Of a stretch of DNA of 64,000 nucleotides, positions 6,873 through 14,864 are shown one piece after another (the first letter of the stretch is position 1; each line of letters begins with the position of its first letter). The notes under the pieces were generated by a model. It saw nothing but the letters and a program-made list of their open reading frames with translations, had not been told where the DNA came from and ran no database searches. The stretch covers positions 62,001 to 126,000 of IMG/VR virus record IMGVR_UViG_3300044568_003163; one strand, 5' to 3'. The translations under genes and the position numbers were made by a program.

Positions 6873-7004
6873 TGAAGAATCCTAGACTCGAACTAGGAAT
6901 GTCAATTAAGACGCCGGTTTTACATCCTTTAAATTGCTGAATAAACACTTTGCACAGTGTTTGCCTTTTTGGACCGGAGCGTTTACCAATTCCGCCAATT
7001 CTTC
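6873..7004 (-). ncRNA. class II tRNA body with ~54-nt anticodon loop
   Basis: CCGGT/ACCGG stem encloses a long loop ending TGTAAA; variable arm present. Confidence 0.7.
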
Positions 7005-7011
7005 ATTATTG

Positions 7012-7083
7012 TTCTCCCGCTGGGAGTCGAACCCAGCCTCATAGATTAAAAGTCTATTGCCCACACCAGTCTGCTACGAGAGA
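7012..7083 (-). tRNA. tRNA-Lys(TTT)
   Basis: ATAGA-CTTTTAA-TCTAT. Confidence 0.85.
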
Positions 7084-7169
7084 TTGTAAAGTTTTCTATT
7101 GCCAACCTCTCAACAGTGTAGAGTATTGACCTATCTATGTTTTCGCTTCATGTTCATTATATTATTTAG

Positions 7170-7243
7170 TGGCCAAGCCTGGACTCGAACCAGGGACCTT
7201 CGCATTATGAGTGCGCCGCTCTAACCAACTGAGCTACATGGCC
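7170..7243 (-). tRNA. tRNA(CAT), probably Ile2 (lysidine type)
   Basis: Loop CTCATAA; GGCC acceptor resembles Ile2 tRNAs. Confidence 0.75.
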
Positions 7244-7359
7244 AAAAATGTAGGGTTATCCGGTACCTACACTGATTAATGACAATCAGACCATCGTTCA
7301 CCACCTGTAAGAGCCTAACGATAGATACTGTACTTGCTTACACTCAAGTATCCGCTGGG

Positions 7360-7433
7360 TAGCGAGGACCGGGATCGAACCGGCGACCTTTGGTTTATGA
7401 ATCCAATGTTACTACCAACTGAACTACCTCGCC
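7360..7433 (-). tRNA. tRNA-Met(CAT), elongator
   Basis: Loop TTCATAA; GGCG acceptor. Confidence 0.8.
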
Positions 7434-7472
7434 AAATTGTAAGTTTTGAATGGACTTACAACCATTGATAGA

Positions 7473-7703
7473 TTATTGGTGATGAGGAATATACTTTCCG
7501 TTCTTAACTCTAACTGCCAGTTTGGTCACGTTAAAATTCCAACAATCAAATGTACTTAATGCAGATCTTTGTTTTGCAAGACTAATGGCTTGCTTTTCTG
7601 CTTTTTCTCGACCTTCTTCCGTTGTTTCGACGAAAAAAGTGGGAGCCTGAACACCAGTCTTACTGGTAGGAACTACTCTCCAAATTCTCAAATTAGTAAT
7701 CAT
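7473..7703 (-). CDS. hypothetical protein
   Basis: ORF track. Confidence 0.6.
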   Translation of the reverse strand: MITNLRIWRVVPTSKTGVQAPTFFVETTEEGREKAEKQAISLAKQRSALSTFDCWNFNVTKLAVRVKNGKYIPHHQ

Positions 7704-7783
7704 AAGTTTTAGCTAAGCTAGACCTATGAGGAATTGTACGATTTTGTTGACATTTGATTTATATTTTTTTATTATATGTTCGA

Positions 7784-8230
7784 TTAAGCCAGAGATTCAA
7801 TAACCTCTTTTACTAATTTTGTATCGGCAAGACCTGGAAATTTCTTAACGAAAGCACCCATAGTCATACCTATTAATTTTTGTTTGTTTAATTCTAAAAC
7901 AGAACCGAGTAAAACATTAACTTCAGTTTCAATTTCAGCTCTAGTCATTTGCTTTGGCAAGTACTTTTCAATAACACCTAATTCATTAGCTTCAGATTCC
8001 ACTAAATCGAATCGACCAGCTTTTGTAAATTCTTCAATAGATTGTCTACGTTGTTTGATTGTAGAAATTACTGCATTTAGAACTAACTCATCAGTAAGTG
8101 GACCAGCATGCTTTGCCTTTTCAGCATCTTGGATTTTTGCCTTTAATCCACTTAATGCATTCTTCGCAATCGCGTTTTTCTCTTTGAATGCTACTATATA
8201 GTCAGCATTGATTGTTTCTCTTAAATTCAT
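7784..8230 (-). CDS. GatB/YqeY domain protein
   Basis: KQRRQSIEEF..AGRFDL..E..E..VIEKYLPKQM signature. Confidence 0.9.
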   Translation of the reverse strand: MNLRETINADYIVAFKEKNAIAKNALSGLKAKIQDAEKAKHAGPLTDELVLNAVISTIKQRRQSIEEFTKAGRFDLVESEANELGVIEKYLPKQMTRAEIETEVNVLLGSVLELNKQKLIGMTMGAFVKKFPGLADTKLVKEVIESLA

Positions 8231-8246
8231 CTTTACTAATTTTTAG

Positions 8247-8327
8247 TGGGCAACAGTGGACTCGAACCACTCCCGTGAGGACCAGATTTACAGTCTGGCT
8301 GCCGTATCCGAACGACTTTTGCGGCCC
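8247..8327 (-). tRNA. tRNA-Tyr(GTA)
   Basis: CCAGA-CTGTAAA-TCTGG; variable arm; atypical D arm. Confidence 0.8.
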
Positions 8328-8336
8328 ATTATATTG

Positions 8337-8410
8337 TGACTCCTCTGGGACTCGAACCCAGGACTCCCTCATTAAAAGTGAGGTGCTCTAGCCGACTGAG
8401 CTAAGAAGTC
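8337..8410 (-). tRNA. tRNA-Lys(TTT)
   Basis: CCTCA-CTTTTAA-TGAGG. Confidence 0.9.
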
Positions 8411-8420
8411 ATTGTAATAG

Positions 8421-8494
8421 CAGTCCTAACGGAATTCGAATCCGCAATCTCTTCCGTGACAGGGAAGCGTCATACGCCAATATGCTGTAGGACT
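8421..8494 (-). tRNA. tRNA-Asp(GTC)
   Basis: CTTCC-CTGTCAC-GGAAG. Confidence 0.8.
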
Positions 8495-8581
8495 ATATAA
8501 AAATTATTTAGTTTAAGCTCCTTTAAACCATGTAATTTCAGGGAGCTATTTGAGCTTATGCATGGAACTAAATAATAATTG

Positions 8582-8655
8582 CCGAGATGACGGGACTCGA
8601 ACCCGTGACCTTCGCCGTGACAGGGCGACATTGTAACCAACTCTACTACACCTCG
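8582..8655 (-). tRNA. tRNA-Asp(GTC)
   Basis: TCGCC-CTGTCAC-GGCGA. Confidence 0.85.
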
Positions 8656-8714
8656 ATTTCTAATTTCACGCTCACACTATGCAGTTCTATAAATTAGTAA
8701 CAGTCTCATCTGGG

Positions 8715-8788
8715 CTCTCCTGACTGGATTCGAACCAGTAACCCTCACCTTAACAGGGTGTCGCTCTAACCGTTGGAGCTACAGGAGA
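8715..8788 (-). tRNA. tRNA-Asn(GTT)
   Basis: CACC-CTGTTAA-GGTG. Confidence 0.85.
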
Positions 8789-8811
8789 ATATTTGATGTT
8801 TTAATTATAAG

Positions 8812-8869
8812 ACAAATATAAACAATGTCATTGACATATGAAAATATTTAATCAAATAGTTATTAACAA
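8812..8869 (-). promoter_or_regulatory. class I promoter cassette inside the tRNA array
   Basis: TATATTTG at 8813-8820, box at 8859; offset 46. Confidence 0.75.
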
Positions 8870-8873
8870 TTTG

Positions 8874-8945
8874 TGGAGCTACCGGGATTCGAACCCGGAA
8901 TAACAGAGTGCAAGTCTATCGTGATGCCAATTTCACTATAGCCCC
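8874..8945 (-). tRNA. tRNA-Ala(TGC)
   Basis: GGGGCTA acceptor with G3:U70; loop CTTGCAC. Confidence 0.9.
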
Positions 8946-8955
8946 ATTAAATTTG

Positions 8956-9030
8956 TAGGAGATGACGGAATCGAACCGACGACCTTTTGCGTGTAAAACA
9001 AACGCTCTAAACCAACTGAGCTAATCTCCT
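8956..9030 (-). tRNA. tRNA-Val(TAC)
   Basis: TTTGT-TTTACAC-GCAAA. Confidence 0.9.
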
Positions 9031-9036
9031 AAATTG

Positions 9037-9110
9037 TAGGTAATATGAGACTCGAACTCATAACCTCCTCGGTATCAGCGAGGTGCTCTAACCAATTGAG
9101 CTAACTACCT
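9037..9110 (-). tRNA. tRNA-Ile(GAT)
   Basis: CCTCG-CTGATAC-CGAGG. Confidence 0.9.
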
Positions 9111-9117
9111 GTGGCAG

Positions 9118-9188
9118 CACGAATGGAAGGATTCGAACCTTCATCGACGGTTTTGGAGACCGGCATGCTACCATTGCACCACACTCGT
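9118..9188 (-). tRNA. tRNA-Trp(CCA)
   Basis: CGGT-CTCCAAA-ACCG. Confidence 0.9.
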
Positions 9189-9195
9189 ATTTTAG

Positions 9196-9268
9196 TGGTA
9201 AGGGACGGGATCGAACCGTCATCATCGGATTTTCAGTCCGCTGCATAGACCAACTTTGCTACCTCACC
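9196..9268 (-). tRNA. tRNA-Phe(GAA)
   Basis: CGGA-CTGAAAA-TCCG. Confidence 0.9.
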
Positions 9269-9274
9269 AAAAAC

Positions 9275-9308
9275 AAAAAACCTCTGAATTTTTGAAGATT
9301 CAGAGGTT
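9275..9308 (-). terminator. attenuator terminator 3
   Basis: AACCTCTGAAT...ATTCAGAGGTTTTTT just upstream of tRNA-Phe. Confidence 0.85.
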
Positions 9309-9335
9309 AAAGTATATTGTATTAAAATATCGATA

Positions 9336-9434
9336 CTACATCCGAATCACATTGCTATCCACATAATCATTCCCGGCAAACTTAATCGCCCAGTCAAAAT
9401 TCATGTTAATATTTATGTTAGTAGTAGGTATCAT
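9336..9434 (-). CDS. putative attenuator leader peptide 3 (MIPTTNININMNFDWAIKFAGNDYVDSNVIRM)
   Basis: Lies between promoter and terminator; composition matches the downstream tRNA block. Confidence 0.75.
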   Translation of the reverse strand: MIPTTNININMNFDWAIKFAGNDYVDSNVIRM

Positions 9435-9469
9435 TTTATTGATGTTTTAATATTGTTTTATATATACTG

Positions 9470-9497
9470 TTATATGTTCTAAATTTCAAAAAGTTTC
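9470..9497 (-). promoter_or_regulatory. class II promoter GAAAC-N16-CATATAA
   Basis: Exact motif. Confidence 0.7.
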
Positions 9498-9526
9498 AAC
9501 TTATTTTTATATTATTTTAATCTTAG

Positions 9527-10090
9527 TTAGTCCCACCAAGAATCATATTCTTTAGCGAAGATTTCCATTGCTAAAGCAAAGTCTTTACTTCTATTCAAAT
9601 GAGCAATTTTCATACCCATTATGTATTCTTTGTTCTTTTTTCTCAGCTGAGCAGGTGTATATCGCTCATCATTCCTATCCATCAATCTGTGGCAATCTGG
9701 ACGATCTTCGCAAGGAATAGTATAGTAATCTGACTTACCCCATTTAGCGTCATGCTTTTCTCTATATGGCTCGTCGTAGTTATCTTCATGCACTTTCGTT
9801 AATAACTCTAAACATTCAGTCATCGTTCGAATTTGCTTTTCGCGATTCTCATCGACTGTATGGCCATGGTCTTTAACGTATTTGATATGAGCTTTCAACT
9901 TAAAAAGAATTGGTTCCATAATGTAATGGTTATCCCAATCTCTATCTCGCCATACAATAGGCATCCATCGAATTATATTCTTAATTCCTCTCACAAAATC
10001 CTTGGAAGGAATCTTGACGTATTCCTTCCAATAAAATTTTGCATTGTCTACCGCTTCTTCAACGTAGAACTTAATTCGTTCGTTTATCAT
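9527..10090 (-). CDS. conserved phage hypothetical protein
   Basis: W.DRDWD motif and terminal WWD seen in large phages. Confidence 0.65.
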   Translation of the reverse strand: MINERIKFYVEEAVDNAKFYWKEYVKIPSKDFVRGIKNIIRWMPIVWRDRDWDNHYIMEPILFKLKAHIKYVKDHGHTVDENREKQIRTMTECLELLTKVHEDNYDEPYREKHDAKWGKSDYYTIPCEDRPDCHRLMDRNDERYTPAQLRKKNKEYIMGMKIAHLNRSKDFALAMEIFAKEYDSWWD

Positions 10091-10104
10091 ATTGATGTTA
10101 TTGA

Positions 10105-11421
10105 TTAACCTTCAGCTTCTTCGGTATCAATTACTCCAGAATCTTTTACGATTCCTTCAAGTACTTTGAATTCGAAAGACTTGAATTTGAATGTTTTGTT
10201 TACCAAACCACCTTCAATTCTTACACAAACTCCTTCTTTGATATGTCTAGTATCTAAGATAGATGGACCAGTTCCGAATGTTTCGACGGTGTTGCTGAAA
10301 TATTCTCGCAAATCTCTATCATCGAATTTATGAGTGATTGCTTCTAATTCGTTTAAGGTTATCGTAGCAACATGTGGTACAGTTTTTACACCTAATTCAT
10401 TACAACGTTTTACAACATCATTCCAAGCATAATCGATAGATTGACCATCTTCATTAGCAAATGTCATACGGTAAACATAAACCTCAGATTGAGTAGGTTC
10501 ACAACCATAAGAATAAGCCATAGACTTACCGTATTGTTTCGTAAACTCTTTATCACCCATTTTGGTTGTATCAACAGATGGCATAATTGCAGCTCCTGTA
10601 GATTCGTAACCTACAATTTCAAAATAAACGGTTTCACCTTTTCTTAAGTTACCTTTGAATAAGTTCATTGCTTTATCTCGGATGGTTGGGTCATGGAATT
10701 GATTTGCGGATTTTGATTCTCCTAAAACAACTCTACGAGTACCATTCAAATAAGCCCATTCTTTGTCGTTGATAGCTAATCCAAATTTAGTAACAAGTTT
10801 TTCTAACCAACCTAATTCTCTAGTCATTTGAACGTGACCAATACGACCTGAAGTACCGTGAAGTTTTTCAGTAATAATGATGTGTTGACCCTTTTCAAAT
10901 TCGTGGATACTCTTACCAAAGTGTCCGGTATCAAAATGTTCTTTGAACATTACAGAAGATCTAGAAACTCGGGTTTTCTTACCTTGATTTTCTCTAGCAA
11001 TTTTAGCCGTATTTGGATTTACATATTTGTTACAGATAGGTACACCTTTCCATTCGTCAAATTCAAATCCTTCTACATCTAAACCAGTTACCATAATGAA
11101 TCCAAAGTAATGTAATGGAACCCAGAAACCATCAGAGATTTCACCTCTAAATTTTTGAGCTCTTACTCTTCGGTTTGCATCGAACATTCCACCTTTCTCA
11201 TCTTTTCTAGCATTTAACTCGGCATCACGATAAAGGTTGTTTGCTTTACAGAACTCATCGGATAACTGACCATCAGATGGAAAGTAAACTCCTAAATGTC
11301 CTTCTAAAGAATCTAAACCAATTACTACTTGATTACCGTGACAAGTTGCTAATTGAACTTTGTCTGCGTTAGGATGTGGTCTCACGTTTGTCAACCTAGT
11401 GACGATTGCATTGTATGCCAT
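10105..11421 (-). CDS. RNA ligase (DRB0094/Rnl2-like with N-terminal OB-like domain)
   Basis: HPNADK, TEKLHGTS adenylation motif, EGVCVR, FKFKS. Confidence 0.85.
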   Translation of the reverse strand: MAYNAIVTRLTNVRPHPNADKVQLATCHGNQVVIGLDSLEGHLGVYFPSDGQLSDEFCKANNLYRDAELNARKDEKGGMFDANRRVRAQKFRGEISDGFWVPLHYFGFIMVTGLDVEGFEFDEWKGVPICNKYVNPNTAKIARENQGKKTRVSRSSVMFKEHFDTGHFGKSIHEFEKGQHIIITEKLHGTSGRIGHVQMTRELGWLEKLVTKFGLAINDKEWAYLNGTRRVVLGESKSANQFHDPTIRDKAMNLFKGNLRKGETVYFEIVGYESTGAAIMPSVDTTKMGDKEFTKQYGKSMAYSYGCEPTQSEVYVYRMTFANEDGQSIDYAWNDVVKRCNELGVKTVPHVATITLNELEAITHKFDDRDLREYFSNTVETFGTGPSILDTRHIKEGVCVRIEGGLVNKTFKFKSFEFKVLEGIVKDSGVIDTEEAEG

Positions 11422-11445
11422 GATTTCGTATTTTTAATTTATAAG

Positions 11446-11503
11446 ACAAATATAATCAATGTCTTCGACACTTGAAAATAATTTCTCATTAAGTTATTAA
11501 CAA
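11446..11503 (-). promoter_or_regulatory. class I promoter cassette
   Basis: TATATTTG at 11447-11454, box at 11493; offset 46. Confidence 0.75.
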
Positions 11504-11507
11504 TTAG

Positions 11508-11618
11508 TAGTCAGAACAGGATTCGAACCTGTATGGTGTTACCTAGAGTACTCAATACAGAGCGGTAAATCGGTTACGAACCATTACTCTTAGCGTCTTC
11601 CAATTCCGCCACCTGACT
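11508..11618 (-). ncRNA. tRNA-like RNA (Leu-like D arm) with expanded anticodon domain
   Basis: Intact acceptor, D and T arms; AGAGTA/TACTCT stem encloses ~35 nt. Confidence 0.65.
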
Positions 11619-11634
11619 CGATAGAACTAGCCTA

Positions 11635-11985
11635 TCATGATTGTGTAGATTTAATGTACACAATTATTCCAATGATTGAAAGAAAGCACAATGCTAATAC
11701 TGTTATTGCAGGTAAATAATCTTCTTTCTCTCTCCAAATTTTGTAATTATATCGAGGTTCGTTCTGCTTCCACGAATGGTCTTCAGACTTCTCAGACTTA
11801 ACATATTTTTTGTTTAGTTTTTTTAGGGATTTCCTAATTTCCTTTTTACATGGTTCAGCACCACAACAATAAAAAAATGATATATCTGTTTCGCTTATCA
11901 GCTTAGTAGTAGCTTCTTCCTCGCAACAATAACAATAATTTGGTTTCATATTAATACTCTTTAATGAGTACGGTACCATCTCCAT
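11635..11985 (-). CDS. Cys-rich protein with C-terminal TM
   Basis: CxCC and CCxxxxC motifs, hydrophobic tail; true start probably near 11949. Confidence 0.55.
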   Translation of the reverse strand: MEMVPYSLKSINMKPNYCYCCEEEATTKLISETDISFFYCCGAEPCKKEIRKSLKKLNKKYVKSEKSEDHSWKQNEPRYNYKIWREKEDYLPAITVLALCFLSIIGIIVYIKSTQS

Positions 11986-12817
11986 GCTCTAAACAGTCAA
12001 CGCAAAAGATAGTGTCTTTTACTTCTGGCCATCTACCAGCAGTCGGTTCAGTATCGTATTCAGTTACTTTGTGATGGGGTGTATGTCCGATTACTTGGTC
12101 ATAACCTTCTAATGCATCCCATCTTAATCTTCTCGGTCTAATCCAAACAGGACCTGCAAATTCTGAATATCCACCAGAATCTCCATCTACGTTAAATAAA
12201 ATATTTAAACGATATTGCCAAGCTTTATTGATAATCTCATCCGGCCTAAGATTCCAATCTCCTTCAAAATCTGCTTTGAATCGGAAACCGTCTCTTTTAA
12301 CCGTTGCATGCAATTGGCGTAACCAACCATGAGTTACTCCAGCATGAGTCCATAAAGTTCGCTTTAACCTACCATCGATTTCTCTTTCATGATAATATGC
12401 GAAAGTAAATTTGTCGATGTTTTTAGTAAACAACTCTTGAAAATCAAATTTCATTTCAGGTCGATAACCTGAACAGATTTGATCGGCTACAATATATTGA
12501 ATATCGTGATTTCCTAAAAGCAAGACTATTTTGTCTGGATATTCGGTTTTTAAATGTATGATTTCCTCTAGATTTAATTTCATCTCTAGGTTTTGTACAT
12601 CAAATGAATCTACGTAATCTCCAACGAAAACGATTTTATCCATTTCGTTAAAAATAGGATAGGTGTCTTCAAACGCTTCTTTTGCTCCGTTATCTACTTC
12701 CTGTCTCCAGCTATTATAGTCCGTTAGAGAGCCGAATAACACAGTCTTCCAGGTATTTCTTCCGTGGATATCTCCGATAGACATGATTTTCATTGTAGTT
12801 TTCATTTTATGGTTCAT
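11951..12817 (-). CDS. calcineurin-like metallophosphoesterase
   Basis: GDIHG, GDYVD, GNHD, THAG and GHT motifs. Confidence 0.9.
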   Translation of the reverse strand: MNHKMKTTMKIMSIGDIHGRNTWKTVLFGSLTDYNSWRQEVDNGAKEAFEDTYPIFNEMDKIVFVGDYVDSFDVQNLEMKLNLEEIIHLKTEYPDKIVLLLGNHDIQYIVADQICSGYRPEMKFDFQELFTKNIDKFTFAYYHEREIDGRLKRTLWTHAGVTHGWLRQLHATVKRDGFRFKADFEGDWNLRPDEIINKAWQYRLNILFNVDGDSGGYSEFAGPVWIRPRRLRWDALEGYDQVIGHTPHHKVTEYDTEPTAGRWPEVKDTIFCVDCLEHGDGTVLIKEY

Positions 12818-12890
12818 CTTATTTAGTAAACATCGTTCAAGAGATGAACTCTCGTAGATGCCATTTGTACTATGTTATATGCACCAAATA

Positions 12891-13505
12891 TTAATTAGTA
12901 TCAAAAACTGATTTCAAATTTCTCTTCTTAATTATTTCCTTTAGTCGGTCCACATAAGTATGGTCTTCTGCGTAATTTTGTCTCAGATACTCAAAATACT
13001 CTCCTTCAGTTTTAATATCATAAAGGTAAGTAGAGTAATATAGAGCATAGTCTAATAAAGAGTCTTGCCAATTATCGTAATATGCATGATTGCGATGAGT
13101 TCCTTTAGCTAAGTTTGCTCGTTGTGCAGCTTCACGCATTCCAAACATATTATTATTTTCTTTAAAGATAACTGATTTGTAATGTCCAGTTTCTAAATAT
13201 GTTTGTGCCAATACAATATGTGGATATTTAAAATTCAAAGTTTTGATTTTTGCAATCAAAGCAGTTTCCGTAAATTCGTTGTATTCTCTTATAACAATTA
13301 ACTTTTCTTCTTGTGATAGGTTTTTTACTTCTACCCTTGGTGCAGTTGCAAATCCTATCGTAAACATTATTGCTATAATTGCTAGCAAATACTTAACATA
13401 TTTTAAAATGGATATTTTCTCGAAATCTAAGGTTTCTTTGTTAAATCTATACATAATTTTTATTTTCGTTAATACTCTTTTCGAAGTGCTTGGATTACGT
13501 CCCAA
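12891..13505 (-). CDS. membrane-anchored glucosaminidase/muramidase (GH73-like)
   Basis: TM plus AQTYLETG, NNMFGM and YAED; start probably the internal MYRF. Confidence 0.75.
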   Translation of the reverse strand: MGRNPSTSKRVLTKIKIMYRFNKETLDFEKISILKYVKYLLAIIAIMFTIGFATAPRVEVKNLSQEEKLIVIREYNEFTETALIAKIKTLNFKYPHIVLAQTYLETGHYKSVIFKENNNMFGMREAAQRANLAKGTHRNHAYYDNWQDSLLDYALYYSTYLYDIKTEGEYFEYLRQNYAEDHTYVDRLKEIIKKRNLKSVFDTN

Positions 13506-14071
13506 GCATCTTCTAATGCATCATGAGTTACTGCACCAGGAATTCCACCTCGTTCTTTGCATTCGTTCAATGATGGCAATGCATAATCATTTGCCCAATC
13601 TACATAAAGAATAGATGGGTCTAAAATTCTGTTTCTAAACTTAATACATTTCTTAAATGCTGGTAATCTTTCTAGGAACAATTTATCGAAGGTTCCAAAG
13701 TTTTTACCTGCTACGTTAATAGTCAATTGTTCACCATATTCACCGAAACCATTGTCTACTAAGAATTGATGAAGTAAATTTACTGCTTCTGCAGGACTTC
13801 TGAATTCCATACCAGTTTTTTCAATCAACTCACATCTAACATCTTTCTTACTGATTAGGTATTTATTGATGTTTGCAATTAAGTCTTTGTTCATGTTAAT
13901 TGCAAAATGAGAACCTTCAATTCTTTCGTGTAGCAAAGCAACGTGGAATTTAGGAAGCTCCTGATATGGGAGCTTCGTTTTCGTATCTTCTATGATTGCA
14001 CCAATAGAAAGAATTTGGTCGCGTTTAGAATCGATTCCTGTGGTTTCGATGTCGATTGAAACGTATTTCAT
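13469..14071 (-). CDS. DEDDh 3'-5' exonuclease
   Basis: DIETTG, FD and HDALEDA motifs. Confidence 0.85.
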   Translation of the reverse strand: MKYVSIDIETTGIDSKRDQILSIGAIIEDTKTKLPYQELPKFHVALLHERIEGSHFAINMNKDLIANINKYLISKKDVRCELIEKTGMEFRSPAEAVNLLHQFLVDNGFGEYGEQLTINVAGKNFGTFDKLFLERLPAFKKCIKFRNRILDPSILYVDWANDYALPSLNECKERGGIPGAVTHDALEDAWDVIQALRKEY

Positions 14072-14346
14072 TATTTACTTTCTTTAAGGATTACCTCACC
14101 GTTACCGGTTAAATTTAAAACTGATCCTTTATCTTGTTTAAAGGTGTAAGTTTCAGCAGAATCTTTTGCTGTCATTTTACGAGTCAAATACCATAGGTCA
14201 GATTCACCTTTCCAAGTAACATTTACTAATTTTTCTCCAGCCGGTAAATCGACTGAATATGTTCCACCAAAAGATTTTGCTCTTTGATTGTCGGTACATG
14301 ATACCATTACTAATGCCAATGCGGCTACTACAAATAATTTTTTCAT
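14071..14346 (-). CDS. lipoprotein
   Basis: Signal peptide ending MVSC. Confidence 0.75.
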   Translation of the reverse strand: MKKLFVVAALALVMVSCTDNQRAKSFGGTYSVDLPAGEKLVNVTWKGESDLWYLTRKMTAKDSAETYTFKQDKGSVLNLTGNGEVILKESK

Positions 14347-14361
14347 AATTTTAGATTTTAG

Positions 14362-14835
14362 TTATTCAACGATTTCGATTGCTGGTTCGTAAGACTCATC
14401 GTCAAAAGTTTCCATAATAGGTTCAGTTGGAAATTCTTCCTCTTCAACTGCAGCTTTTTTACGAGAAGCTTTAAGAACTGGCAAATACATTTTTAGCGGT
14501 TCGTAATCTTTTTCGATTGGTGTAGATTTACCGCCTAAATCTTTCCATTCTACGTATTTTCTATCTAACTTCATTTGTACAAAATGAGCAGAACATTCCC
14601 AGTAGATAGTTTCACCATCTACCTGTTCGGTAACAATCATGTGTTCGTTAGCCGTCATTCCATGAATTTTGAAGGTTCGGTCATTATGAGTAAACTCAGT
14701 TCCTATGTCTTCGACACTTACTAAATATTTAGTAATTAGGTTTTGTGTGAACACATTTAGTTGTTTTTGGTAATGAGCCGCTAACACTGGTGTTACGTTA
14801 GCCTTTTGTCTCATTAATTCTCGTTCTTTAGCCAT
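14362..14835 (-). CDS. hypothetical protein
   Basis: ORF track; acidic tail. Confidence 0.6.
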   Translation of the reverse strand: MAKERELMRQKANVTPVLAAHYQKQLNVFTQNLITKYLVSVEDIGTEFTHNDRTFKIHGMTANEHMIVTEQVDGETIYWECSAHFVQMKLDRKYVEWKDLGGKSTPIEKDYEPLKMYLPVLKASRKKAAVEEEEFPTEPIMETFDDESYEPAIEIVE

Positions 14836-14864
14836 TTTTTGTTTTAGTTGTTTTTAGTTTATGA

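Noticed and set aside
6873-7004. Group I intron in a tRNA
   Set aside because: The insert is about 50 nt, far too short for a group I core
7723-7752. Micro-ORF MSTKSYNSS as a fourth attenuator leader
   Set aside because: No terminator follows and its codons do not match the next tRNAs
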